Positions 24,668-37,610 of a stretch of DNA of 64,000 bases are shown one piece after another. The notes under the pieces were generated by a model that did no database searches, had not been told where the DNA came from, and was given only the letters and a program-made list of their open reading frames with translations. The translations under genes and the position numbers were made by a program. The first letter of the stretch is position 1. Each line of letters opens with the position of its first letter. The stretch comes from Octopus vulgaris. Lineage: Eukaryota. The DNA lies in NCBI GenBank assembly GCA_951406725.2, contig OX597819.1:84010001-84074000 (forward strand), written 5' to 3'.

Positions 24668-25965
24668 ATGTCAGGAAAGAAGCCACCAAGTAGAATTGAA
24701 GGCAGTAGTGTGAAAAGGAACAATAAAGGGATTGATTACATTGGATATTAGATTTGTTGTTTTAAAAAGATTGATGCAAAAGAAAAAAAAATCAGCCACT
24801 TTTCCAAAACATTAAAGCTTATAATGTTTATTGTCGGGACAATATATGATAATAGAGAGAATGCTCAAGAAGCTACTTTATTAACTGCTTGAAATTTATT
24901 TTTTTCATAGATCTCATGTGATGCTTAAAATGCTTTTGAGAGTGTAGACCAAGGATCAAAATCAATGTAATAATGCCAATAAACATGATAATAATTTTTA
25001 AAAAAGCCAAAAGTTTGTATGACTATTTGTAGAAAGAAGATGAAACTTCTAATGTAAGACCTTTTCTAGCTTGTAAGGGCTGGTTTAAAAGGTTTAAGAA
25101 GCACTTTAATTTACACAACATGACTGATAAGCTGCCAGTGATGATACAGAGGTTATTTCTAATCATCTCAAGCAACTGAAGAAAATGAATGCCAAAGTGT
25201 GGTTACACACCAGAGCAAGTGAACAATGTTGAAAGTGTATTTATCTGAAAGAGTGCAGGACTGCTAGCAGTTTCATTTCTAGAGAGAGAGAAAAAAAAAT
25301 CAACTCTAGGATTTAAAGCTTCTAAAAATTGTCTGATGTTTCTTCTGTGAGGAAATGCTGATAATATGAAATTAAAATTCTGAAAATCCAAAGCCTTTTA
25401 AGGGTTATGCAAAGTTTAATCTACTTTTGATTTGACATTGAAATAAGAAAGCATGAATGACTAAGAGCCTTTTCAAAGAGTGGTTTACAAACGATTTTTG
25501 CTTCAGTATTAAATGATGGAGTGTCAGACATAATATTTCCAACAAAGCAGTGATCCTTTAGACAATGCATGAAACAACCCAGTGAACTTAAATGAACTTT
25601 CTGATAACATGAGAGTAGAAAATATCTCCAAGAATACAACTTCTTTGCTCCAGCTAATGGATCAAGATGTGATAGCTAAGATATCACAGAAAATTTAAAC
25701 AATTTATGAAGACAATTGACAGGATAAACCTACAGTTAGAAAATTCTGGGTGAAGTCCACCATAATGGATGTTGTAGATAACATAGCTAAGTCATGGGAT
25801 GAAATGAAACCTTCAACTTTAAGTGGTGCTTGAAAAAGTATATGGCCAGACTATCCATGACTTTACAAGTTTTCCAGAAGCAGAGCATCTACATCAAATT
25901 TGGAAAGATATCATGACACTTACAAATGATGTAGGGTTTGAAGAAGTCATAGAAGGTGATATGTG
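24668..25965 (+). mobile_element. Tigger/pogo-family DNA transposon, transposase pseudogene
   Basis: MSGKKPPS..KR..ITLDIRFVVLKR (psq-like HTH), FLACKGWFKRFKKHFNLHN (CENP-B HTH), GYTPEQVNN, GFKASKNCLMFLL*GNA, LLQLMDQDVI, TVRKFW..IMDVVDNIAKSWDEMKPSTLSGA*KSIWP, VGFEEV. Confidence 0.9.
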
Positions 25966-26153
25966 TATATAATGTAGGAATTGTTACTTGTGTGCACAAA
26001 AGGGATTTGTTGCTTGTTTCTCTTTTTTTGTTGCTGTTGTTTTTTTTTCCAAAAATTTGCACTGAAACACATCTTACTTTATAATATGAAAATCATTGGG
26101 AAACTTGATTTGATAGATTTTTTAGAATACATTACTTCTATAACACAAGGGAT

Positions 26154-26199
<46 letters not shown>

Positions 26200-26203
26200 C
26201 ACA

Positions 26204-26962
26204 CCAGGTGCAATGGATAAATTGTCACCATTTTATATTTTTAATTTCGTACATGCACATTCTTTGTTTATTTTGTTGACTACACAGTATAGTAGCATCA
26301 GTTGGGTACCATCTGTGAGAAAAACAGTACCATGACATAATTCACTCTACCAGAAATTTGAAAATAACACGCTTTACTGCTTGGCATTCACGCTAGAAGC
26401 TCCAGTACGAATATTTCAGAGTCAATCTGAGGACAGTGCAGAGGATTCAGAAAGAGTTGGATGAATCAAACGGTGATTATGAAGGTACTGCAGCTCAAAA
26501 AACTCACTCTGACTGTTTTGATAAGAAAAGAACTGAATTTGTTGGTGCGATCCAGGCCATGGCTGACAACAATTCCTCCAAGTCAATTAAGTCTATTGCC
26601 AGGGACGTGGCAGTGTCTGAGTTACTTATCAGGCAAGTACTGCATGAAGACATTTAGTATTGCTCATACAAGATGAGAAAGGGCTAATTTTTTATCCCAA
26701 GCCATCCAGGACAATAGGTAAGACTGCACTATAAAGCTTTTGAACAAACTCAAGCATCCCCTCCAACTGAACGTGCTTTGGTTTTTCTCAGATGAGAAAA
26801 GTTTCAGCCAGAATCAGATGGTGTTCAGAACAACCATTGGCTTGCCGTGTTCCAAAAACATGTACTGGGAGTACTAAAACTCAAACATCCAGTCAACATC
26901 ATGTTGTTTGGAGTGATCACTAGTGATGGCAATGTTATGCCTCCAGTCATCTTCCCACATGG
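26204..26962 (+). mobile_element. Second DD37D (maT) copy, 5' ~60%, opposite orientation
   Basis: TIR CAGGTGCAATGGATAAATTGTC. QRIQKELDESNGDYEG...FFSDEKSF..QNNHWLAV..HPVNIMLFGVITSDGNVMPP, near-identical to 15772-17071. Truncated where RTE sequence begins. Confidence 0.92.
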
Positions 26963-27504
26963 AAGCCAGTCAAGGCGGCACTGGCATTAGCCACGTTCCG
27001 ATGGTGCTTTTTGTGTACAACTTGCATGGGTATCACAACTACAATTTCCATTTGATTTTTATTTTGATGTACTTGACTCAATAGGTCTCCTCAAGCACAG
27101 CAGGTCACCCTATGATCCGAGGTAAGTACAGCAGACCTTCCTGCAATCCAAGGTACTTTGGATGGGCTGGGGCTGTTATGTGAAGCTGGTGCAGGAAACA
27201 GCCATGAACTCACGTTATTTGTCAGGTCTTCGCAGCCACAGCATATCTCCAGAGGTCTCGGTCTTTCGTCATTGCCTCTGTGAAGCCCAATGTAGTACCA
27301 GCACCTGGAAGACAAAGAGCTCTCAGCTGGGAGAGTGGGTGGGATCATGGCCATATGTATGGCTGCAGTTTACTTGGCTTGGCATGTTTTCTCAAGTACA
27401 GCAAGTGACTACAAGTCCCAGTCCCTTGTCATTTCCTCGTTGAGATCCTTTCTTACCACTTTGGCCCACATCTTCCTGGGTCTACCCCTTCCACAGGTTC
27501 CTCC

Positions 27505-27508
<4 letters not shown>
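26963..27508 (-). mobile_element. Two tandem RTE LINE 3' ends (ORF C-terminus plus 3' UTR)
   Basis: Minus strand GTCGRGRPRKMWAKVVRKDLNEEMTRDWDL*SLAVLEKTCQAK (27500-27375), then LGFTEAMTKDRDLWRYAVAAKT (27290-27225) followed by 3' UTR. Confidence 0.8.
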
Positions 27509-27554
<46 letters not shown>

Positions 27555-27915
27555 CTCTTTACTCTCTCTTTTACTTGTTTCAGTCAATTGACTGTGGCCA
27601 TGCTGGAGCACTGCCTTTAGTCAAGCAAATTAACCCCAGGACTTATTTTTTGTAAGCCTAGTACTTATTCTATCACTCCCTTTTGCCAAACCGCTAAGTT
27701 ATGGGGATGTAAACACACCAGCATTGGTTGTCAAGTGATGTTGGGGGACAAACACAGACACATAAACATATACACACACATACATATGTATATACGACGG
27801 GCTTCTTTCAGTTTCCATCTACCAAATCCACTCACAAGGCTTTGGTCGGTCCGAGGCTATAGTAGAAGACACTTGCCTTCATGTGGTTGGTAAGCAAGCT
27901 ACTTACCAACAGCCA
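27555..27915 (-). mobile_element. SINE family 1, near full length
   Basis: Reverse complement of 10435-10825 with a short internal deletion. Confidence 0.9.
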
Positions 27916-28379
27916 TTCATATATATACAAAGTGGGAATGGATGCACTCAGTGTGTAACACTTACACCATTCAGATTTTGGATCTTATTGATAATCACAT
28001 TAAACTCTTACCATTACTTGACCTAACTGGGTTCTTTGCAGTTATACATACACACCATCATCATCATCTTTTAATGTCTGTTCTCCATGATGGCATGGGT
28101 TGGGTGGTTTGACAGGAGCTGACCAGCTGCCTGGGCTACAATTGTCTGTTTTTGAATGGCTTCTATGGTTGGATGCCCTTCCTAGTACCAGTCATTTTAC
28201 AGGGTGTACTCAGTGCTCTTAGGTGGCACTGGCATGTGTGCTTTTATGCAGTACTGGCATGGGTGCTTTTACATGACACTGGTACCACTGCTTATATATC
28301 ATTATCATCATTAATATTATTTTCACAAGAACATTTTCATGTTGGTATGAGCTGACTGATGGTTGAATCTACTGAAGAA

Positions 28380-29580
28380 TTAGAGAAGAAATGCTGAATG
28401 TAGAAGCAAAACATTGTATTGAAGGGTAATAAAGAAATTCTCACAAACAGGAAAGAAGGCACGACTCAACTGCCATTTAATAAGTAATGATGCTTGTTAC
28501 ATAGAAAAAGAGTAGGTGAGCATATCATACTATGTACCCAGTGGTAACTATCCATGAACCCAGTGATGCAATAATGTTACAAGCAGGCTGAAAGAAAAGA
28601 GCTCTGTAGCTAGTAGGTGCATATAGGAGTAACAAGGAGTAAGAGCAACCATAAAAAATATTTTTCTTAAAAGCCTGGAGGGCTCTGGAGAAGTAGCTGA
28701 TAGCTTCTATTTACTAAGTGAATATCTTAGGAGTGAAGGAGGATGTTTCAAAGTATTTTAGAGTAATAATGGTTATAAATTCTGGCACAGGGCCAGCAGT
28801 TTTTGAGGGGAGGGGGAAGCCAATTACATTGACCCCAGTACTTGACTGGTACTTATTTTATTGAGCACAAGAAGATGATAGGCAAACTCAACCTTGGAAA
28901 AATTGACACTCAGAATATAAAGATGGATTTTGTCCATCTTTACATTCTGTCTTTAGCATTTTCTCTGACATGCTAATGGTTCTGCCAGCTCACCACCTTA
29001 CTTTAAAAAATAAAATAAATGCACCCTTTTAAAGCCTAGCCAGGCTCATGGGCCTGGTTTCCTGGTTTCTATGGCGTATGTGTTCTCCAGCTGGACAGGA
29101 CGCCAGTCCATCGCAGCGTTTATCATTTTTGCCAGCTGAGTGGACTGGAGCAACATGAAATGATGTGTTTTGTTCAAGAACACGTGTCGCCTGGTTCAGG
29201 AATCGAAACCACAATCTTACAATCATGGTGCTGACACCCTAACCACTAAGCCACGCGTCTCTACACCACCTTACTTTAGCAAAGATTATTATTATTATTA
29301 TTGTACTTCTTTCTCATTCATATGACATTTCATTGAACCTTGGTGGAATTTGAACTCAGAATGTAAAGATGGATGAAATGCCATTAAGCATTTTGTCCAG
29401 CATGCTAATGATTCTTCCAGTTCTCCACCATATTTTACCAAGAGTCATAAAAAGATGTCAAAAGTTCAAGGAGGTATTTCTTCTACTGACAGCAAAAGAT
29501 ACACTCTCCGAGTGAAGATCAGATTGTATTATGTTCGTGTACAAAATGTAATACAGCATGGTAGCCAAAAATGAGCACCA
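28380..29580 (+). mobile_element. RTE LINE RT C-terminal remnant split by SINE insertions
   Basis: Decayed C..GVG..I.CTQW...*CNNVTSRLKEK and LEVADSF.LL...GGC (28500-28755). Resumes after the SINEs as KFKEVFLLLTAK...RVKIRLY..VQNVIQHGSQK* (29440-29575). Confidence 0.65.
29006..29263 (-). mobile_element. tRNA-derived SINE family 3 with V-domain-like core and 15-bp TSD
   Basis: A box TGGCTTAGTGG, B box GGTTTCGATTCC, central CTGCGATGGACTGGCGTCCTGTCCAG, (TTTA)n tail. TSD CACCACCTTACTTTA at 28991-29005 and 29264-29278. Confidence 0.9.
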
Positions 29581-29897
29581 TCAGTGGGTTTGATAGATCA
29601 CAATTATCACATGATGATAAAACACAACACACAAACATACTTATATACATATACACAAGACTGACTTCTTTCAGTTACCACTCGCAAAGTTTTGCCCCGT
29701 CCAGGACTAGAGTAGGAGACAGTTGCTATGCAGTGGGACTGAACCAAAAACCATATGGCGGGGAAGCAAACTCCTTAACCACACAGCCATGCCTAGGCTC
29801 GAAACGTAAAAGACTTTCTCACTTCCCGAGCAATTAACTAATACATCTGTTTGTTGTTTACACACCCGTCTTCGTCTTTTGTGTTTTTTGTAAATTC

Positions 29898-29949
<52 letters not shown>

Positions 29950-31159
29950 CATATATGCATACATGCTGATGGATAGATAGGTAGACAAATAGACAGGGGA
30001 GAGAGATAAAGGGAGAGAGAGAGAGAGAGTACTACAACCTGCTTTTTAGCAGTTACACCTTATCCCTGCATCTCGTGACAAGTTACAAGGGTTGGCATCA
30101 GGAAGCGAAGGCAGCTATATAGCACTGCCTCAAAAGGTCCTGTCCAACACCAGCCACCATGTAAAAGTGTATATAGAACCGATGATGTCGATTTGTACGT
30201 GTGTGTATATGATTTGCAAATATACGTACATATGTATGTATGTTCGCATACATGCATGCGCGTGTGTAAGAATTATTTAGTATTGATGTTTGATATTTAA
30301 GAATATAAGAAAAAAATTAAAGGTACCAACATTATTACAACCGATTTCACTAAATGAATTTTCCTTGAGGTTTTTCACATAAGTAATAATTAGAAAAATT
30401 AACTTTATTTAATAATTTAAAATATTTCCTACTTATCACACTTTATATGTGTAGCTTATACGCGATATAAAATTATATAAATTCTAAGGACTGAAGAAAA
30501 AAAAACCCTGTAACTATGACAATTTTTAAAAAACATTAAAAATTATTTTCTACTACCACTCGAGAGAACACATGACCGGGTCGTGAGGATATAGTCGAAA
30601 CCGGGTAGTATGACGTAATATCGGTACAGAGTGGCCTAGCCCGGATTTACTAGACTATCAACGTTTACTGCTCTCTTGCTCACAATAACTTTTTCCGTCT
30701 TTCTATCATTAATTTTTTTCCAGAAACAGGAAGGAGGAGAGACAGAGAAACATAGTGAGAGAGAGAGAGAAAGAGACAGAATGCATGAAAATAAAGTTAT
30801 TTGATATCCTCCTCCCCCATTCATACACACTGGATTAATTTTCTCGAAATGTATCTTATGTATCATGTTCATGATAAATATATATATGTAAATATAATAC
30901 ATATAAGCATATACATACATTTATACACGTACATTATATATATAGTCATTCAATCATATGCATAAATGAGTATGATTGAATAACTTTATACTTTTAAACA
31001 TATAAGCAAGCATATAAACATACACACAAACCGGTTAATTGAAACATGTATAACACAAACAGACGTCTGCATAAGCTACACGTGCAACTGTGTTTATGTG
31101 CATATATAGAAATATCAAATTTTGTCATACGTAAAATTTTTTGTATAGAACGTGTAATG

Positions 31160-31515
31160 ACACAGAGATGGTGAAAGAGAGTGTGTGCGAAGGGGTAACA
31201 GGAAGAGGCGAGAGAATGGGAGGAGGGAAGAAAGAATTAGAAAGAGAGCTTATGAAGGAGAGAGGAAAAGAGTGTACGAGGGAAGAGGAGAAAGAGAGAA
31301 TTAGAGCGAGGGTGTATGAGAGGGGAGAAAGAATGAGAACGAGTGAGATGGAGGGAGAGGGACAGAGAATAAGTGGAAAAAGTGTGTGTACAAGCGAGAG
31401 AATGTGTGAGGGAAAATTGGGAGAGGCGAGAGAGTGTGTGAGAAAATGAGACGGTGAAGGAAGAGACGGAGAGATATACAGACTGTTAGAAAGAAAGAGA
31501 GAGCTCGGGGGGAAA
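31160..31515 (+). repeat. GA-rich low-complexity purine tract
   Basis: ~350 nt dominated by GAGA/GGAGA/GAAA units. Confidence 0.85.
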
Positions 31516-33379
31516 GATTTTTTGATTTCAAGTACAGTGGTACCCAGAGAAGTAATACAGCTCATCCGCTCTCATATTCAATACACGTTTATGAATCAGT
31601 CATTGAATACACACACACACACACATATATATGTATGTGTGTATATCTATCTATTCCCTAATAAACATGCTTATACGTATACGCATATATATATATTTAT
31701 TTATTTTGATTTTAACGAATCTTTAATGAATTGTTTCAACGCGCAATCAACAGATCCATTTTCTTACTTACATATGTAAAATATCCAGAGAATCACACAT
31801 GCATATATATATATATATACCTATACAGCTCGTTGTTTAGCTTTGATTGAGCAGGCCCATGATCTAAGTAATTCCAGCCGTGACCATCCTATTTTTTTTT
31901 TATGACTGCAGAACCTACAGTTACATGAGCGTCATTTTCTAAGACTGCTAGGTGTTGATATTTAAGGGAAATTTGGCGGTTGTTTCTAGCAGGACGAGTG
32001 ATCTGGTAGAGACTACTCAGTCAGTGGGTAAAATATTTAAAGAGGCAATACGAAGTGAAGTCGGATGTATTTAACACGTCCAATTAGAATATTTTTCGAT
32101 TTTATCGCTAAGTATTTACAATATAAATTTTATGAAATACAATGAACAGAGTGTGGTTACCAAAATGTATAAAAAAATCCACTTCACTGCTCTAGTTGTT
32201 TTGTGCATTTGATGTTAAATTGTAAATGAAAAAATTGAAAATGTTAACATTTCTTCAAACATTTTAATGTGTAAGATATCAGACCTAAATAAACACTTTA
32301 CCAATATTCTGAGCTGAAATGATTTCATGAAACGGTTTGAATTCTATTCTTAATAGCTGCTCAATACTTATGAATGTATGGGTAACCATAACGGAATCAA
32401 TAAAAAAAAAGCCTCAGTGTTTAATTTCGCAGTGATATACATGACACACACACACATATCATAGTTATATGTATGTATATATACATATGGGGTTACATGT
32501 ATCTGATATTTGAAATAAATATCTACGTATATATAAAAATAACTAGTACAGGGCACACATAAAACATAAAAACACATGCCTAGTGCATGGCCAGTCTGAA
32601 TAACTTCACGAGAGGACAGTTCAAGGGAAGTAATAAGGGTGATAGCGCACTAATTCTGTATTAGGATTTTTTTTTTATTTTTTGGTCAGTTAACAGGAAA
32701 TTTTTTTTGAACACTTAGTCGTTATATTCTTACCACGAAGAAAAGAAAATATTATTGACACGAATAAAATGAAAGTTTTTGATACTGTCTTAAGTGATTC
32801 ACGTGAAAATATTTTTTGTCTTAGAATTACTCATCATTTCTCACATGAATTTCAGTTACTTACAAGAATATTCTCATATATGTTTGTGTATATCTTAGGG
32901 GTTGTTCTAACATTGAAAGTTTGACTATGAAATGAAAATAAAAGTATTTTCTTATTTTCATTTGCTGGACTCAAAACTTTTGGACACCTTCGCGTATCAA
33001 TCAGTGTGTGTGATAGAGGGAAATAGATATCCTGAAGATTGCTTGAAGACACAAGGCGTTATAAAAACCTGCCTAGATCCGCGTCTCCAAAGCAAGAACT
33101 ATAAGCAGCTCGTATTTTTATACTATGTACATTAAATAGTATATGTATATATACACACACACAACTTATATAACATATATCAGGAGAGAGCATTATAATT
33201 CAGAAAATATTTTCTCTAGAATTCGATGTAGGTGACCGTTAATTATAATATACATAATATAAAGTAAACTACACGAAAATAGTCTGTTATATACACGCGT
33301 AAATGTATATTTTATATGTGTATAATATATATAGTAATAGACTAGGATAATATAAAACGGGAGCACATGATCAAGCTAT

Positions 33380-33730
33380 GATAGAACTACACCGGAAATG
33401 CTGATGATGAATGTACCGGACTTTACCGATGATATACGTACGGAGATGAGCGAACTACGTGTGACGAATATGTACGGAAGCGACCGAATCGCTAGGATTT
33501 GGTGCTCGTATTTCATATCAAGTTAGTTGAAGCCTAGGACTGCGGCTGGACTGGTTGACGTATTTTCAGGCGGCACTATCTTGTACTATTTATATCTATA
33601 TGGACCATGTCTTCGTCTAGATTAAAATTTTTCATCAAGAGATGTCGTTTGAAACAACCTATTGTTCGATGAAAGAAATATCGCTTTTATGATAAAAGAA
33701 TCCCACCACATATATTTGATGTTTAAACTG
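33380..33730 (+). promoter_or_regulatory. Candidate promoter and first (5' UTR) exon of the SERTA gene
   Basis: Unique CpG-rich island with ETS-like ACCGGAAAT (33391) and CGGAAG (33475), ending in the consensus donor CTG|GTAAGT (33730/33731) followed by T-rich intron-like sequence. Link to the CDS exon is inferred. Confidence 0.5.
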
Positions 33731-36700
33731 GTAAGTTGTAACTAATTTCTCTTCCTTTTACCATTTAAAATTCTGCGGTTAATTTTCCTTCCGAATTATT
33801 TTGCCTTCGATTTCAATGATTTGTAATTAATTTCATCATTCCTATTTCTATTCTAATTCGATTTCCCTTCTATCCCCTATTTGTTGTAATCAACTATACT
33901 GAATCTTTCTTTTATATTACGTTTAATTTCACATATTAATTGCTTCGACGTTGAATCAAGAGTCTAAAATCAACTTGAAAATTGTTCAATATCTCGCTTC
34001 CACCAAGAAGTGAGGTATAACAAGTTCCGTACGAACAAAATGAATATAATGTTCATTCTATAAAATACATATTCTTGTTTTGGTCGTGTATAGAGCAATC
34101 CAACCTTGTCTACAATTATATATATATATATGTATATAGTTACACAGAAAAGGTTTTGCTTATATATTCACTATATCTGTGCATTTGACCTTTCGATGGA
34201 ACATGCCTCTTGCTTTCATGTTTCATCGCAATCAACAATTTAAAACTGGACAACTAGTTTTTTTTTAATTATGTAATAGGACAGTTTTATTTTGTCTTGT
34301 ATATTGAAGAACAACTGTTGTGTTGAAAACCCGTTTTCAATTAGGGCTATTTTCCCGCTTGGTCCTTCCTCCAGTTTTGAATCTGAAACTCTCGTTTGAA
34401 GTTTTTTCCCTCTTTCATGAATCTTGTTTATATTGCCTGAAACAAGAGTTTTCTGAATTTTTTCTCTATTCTTTTGAAAATTGATGAACTAATACTGAGC
34501 TTAAACCAATTCTATTTCATTAATTTTTTCACAAACTAACTTTCGATCTTGTACCCTAAACTGTTTTCTCATTTTCTCTTGTTAATTGACACTGTTCTGC
34601 TTTGTCTATCATAACTTTACATATTTATGTATGATAATTTTATATGTATTTCTGTGTTATTTTACATGCTCAAATAAGTATTTCTACTCAGCAGATTTTT
34701 TTGTTTTACTAATACCCTATAACTATTTTTATATATGTTATATATTCTTTCCCGCTATCTAAATCGTCAACCTTCCTTTACTTCAAAGATGAGTGTCAAA
34801 TGAGTGGGTATTTTTTCTAATGTGGGATGGTAGTCAACATTGAACTAAGCTCACGGATAACGTCTATTTGGTAGTCCTTAAGTTTTTGATAAAAAACTTG
34901 GACCTAAATTAAGGAAAATGACAACCCTTATATGTTTAAGTATACATTTACATATATCATGGTTTTTGATTATTATCTGGTATTTTAGATAAATAAAATT
35001 ACAGCTGTCCTTATTTTGTGATGAATTTTTTTAACATCACTTGTCTGTAGGGGTCTTTGGATTGGTATTGAGGAAATGGAAAACTCGATAATATTGACAC
35101 ACTAGCTGGTCATAGAAGTAAAATTCTTAGTGATTTCTAACATGGGGCAAGAAATCACATTTTGGAGGAAGTGCATGGTCGATTGTATCGCCCCCTTCCC
35201 ACCCTAGCACTTTCGACCCCGAAAAGATGAAAATACGAAGTCAAATCTTTCATGAGATTTGGAACTCGGGACGAAAAGAGAAGTGACTGTATACCACATG
35301 ATATTTCATCCGCTGCCCTATTGATCCTGTCACTTCGACCATGATAGATACAGTAAATATAGTTAGATGTTTTCATTAATTTCAAACGATGAACCTTTAA
35401 GGGTTGACGGGTCAAAATGATCAGATAATGATTGAATTTTGTTGCATACATTTGTAGGCTACCACGCATTGCACACTTCCAGACACCCACACAGTGTGTG
35501 TGGGAATTAGGATTTGGTTCTTCTTGGAAAATATTTAAGGCTTTAAATATATATTCTAAACCTGTTAACATAAAGATAAAGCAGTCTTAGATTTTTTTTT
35601 ATTGTACCAGCAACATTCAGAATCTACATTATTTTTCCAATTTACCATTCCTTAAAGTATTTTTCTCCAATATTTCACTTCGGGACAATTCAAATTTAAT
35701 TGATTAAACACATTGCTCTTCAGTATTTAGACTTCTTAGAATACTATGTAGGGATCGAACTAAGGCGGGGGTAAAGAATACGTACACCACCCGTTTTCGG
35801 CGTGACAAAAACTCTAATCTTAAACCCTAACCACCGGGTGTACGTATACTTTCGCTTCGAACTAAGTGGTACAGTAAATTCCATTTCTTTCATGGAGCTG
35901 TGTATTTTGATTTTATGAGGAAAAAGTTTTATTTCCGCTATAAAACACCCACACATGTCAGAAAGTATACTCATTCAGGGCTGAATGTGTGACTTGCTGT
36001 TTGGATTCCCTCGTTCCTGAACCTTCACGATATCTGACGTTTTTCGGCGGAATTTTGAAATATTCCAAAAGTTGTCCTTCGAAAGTCCCACCCTTCTAGT
36101 GAAAGGGAAGGGTTAGTTTTTAATATTTTAAAAAAGTGTTCCTGTGTTTTCTGTGGAATGGAAATTACGTTTCTGGATTTTTTTTCTTCCTAAAATAGAT
36201 TTGAAAACTTTTTTCTCTCGATGGATATTTACTGTCAAGCAATTATTCCAATGTATGTGTGTATATAATACTAAGCCTCATCAAAATAAAATTCCATTAT
36301 TTTTGGTTGGTCTATTCCACAATTTGAGCAAATCAATGAACGCTTACATTGATGATCATTGGATATTGAAATCATATCCGTAAAAAAAAATAATAATCAG
36401 TCGCATTTGAGAAAATTGGTGGGCTTGACCAAAAGATTTGTGTAATGTTACAACAGCCCTTTCACTGATAAAGGTATAAGGTACCAGTCAAGTTCCAGTA
36501 GCACTTTCAATTCTCAGTTAAACTACAATATTAAGTGTTGCTTTATTAATGACAAACTTAGTATCATTTATTATAAAACTATAAATTTACCATTATTTGT
36601 TGATTTGAAATGTATAGGTAACTCGTCTTACACTTTTAAAATCAATATTTTGAAACATCTAAATAATTTAGACTTTTAAAGACTTCACTTTTTTTTTCAT

Positions 36701-37404
36701 TAACAAAATATAGAGGAAATGGTAAATTATCCTTAATATATTTTGAATTTCTTACTAAATTTCTGATCTAGTCTGCAATTTTACTCTTGTAAGTGAAGTG
36801 TTAAGTTTTTGACCCAGATACATTTCTGTCAATCCAAAAACACGAATAAAAAACAAACTTAAAGCAACCTAATTTGCAAGCATGATTGACAGGTGTCATT
36901 TGAAGCTTCATGTAAATATTCGATATATATTGTGGAACCATGGTTTTGATGGATGCAAATATCACTGTATTTCGCTACTTGCCTCAAATAATGTTTCAGT
37001 CTGAAATCCATGGGTATTTTATAATTTTTACTTTGTCATATTAAGATTTAGAGGCTTTTACCGTTTCAATCAGAGGTGCAAGTGTCGAATAGATGACACA
37101 CCATTCATGGCTATATGTCTTGTTCTGCGCACCTTAATTCGTATGTGTATTCGGAATAGGTACTAAAATAGTTAAAAGTGATGAATGCCCTCCTTGGCCT
37201 GAGAGCGAAATAGGCTGATTCTCTTTTAATGTTTTAGAAACTATGTATGGTCAATTTATCAAGATTTATGAAAGTGTTAAATCTTAAATTGACCTCTCTG
37301 TTAGGATTAGTAAATCTTTGAAAATTTTACCAAGATCTGCAATACTAATCCTAAGAATTATTCTTTTAAATTTTAATAGAATCTCACATCTAACATGCTT
37401 TGAT

Positions 37405-37610
37405 ACAGAAACGTTGGCACGCCGGACGAAATATGCTTAGCGGTATTTTGTCTGTCTTTTATGTTCTGAGTACAAATTCCGCCGAGGTCGACTTTGCCTG
37501 TCATACTTTCGGAGTCGATAAATTAAATACCAGTTGCGTACTGGGGTCGATCTAATCGACTTGTCCCATCCCCCAAAATTTTGGGCTTTGTGCCCGAAGT
37601 AGAAAAGAAT
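37405..37610 (+). mobile_element. SINE family 2
   Basis: gaaacgttggcacgccggacgaaat...gttctgagtacaaattccgccgaggtcgactttgcc...ggggtcgatctaatcgac...gtagaaaagaat. Confidence 0.9.

Noticed and set aside
30560-30700. CpG-rich patch with TGACGTAA (CRE-like) as the first exon of a divergent gene
   Set aside because: No convincing splice donor on either strand and no linked exons identified. Retained only within the CpG-domain observation.
31125-31565. E/R/G-rich and S/L/P-rich ORFs
   Set aside because: Products of the GA-rich low-complexity tract, with no domain or splice support.
35815-35835. Telomere-like ctctaatcttaaaccctaacc
   Set aside because: Only one or two degenerate units, a common motif in small repeats.
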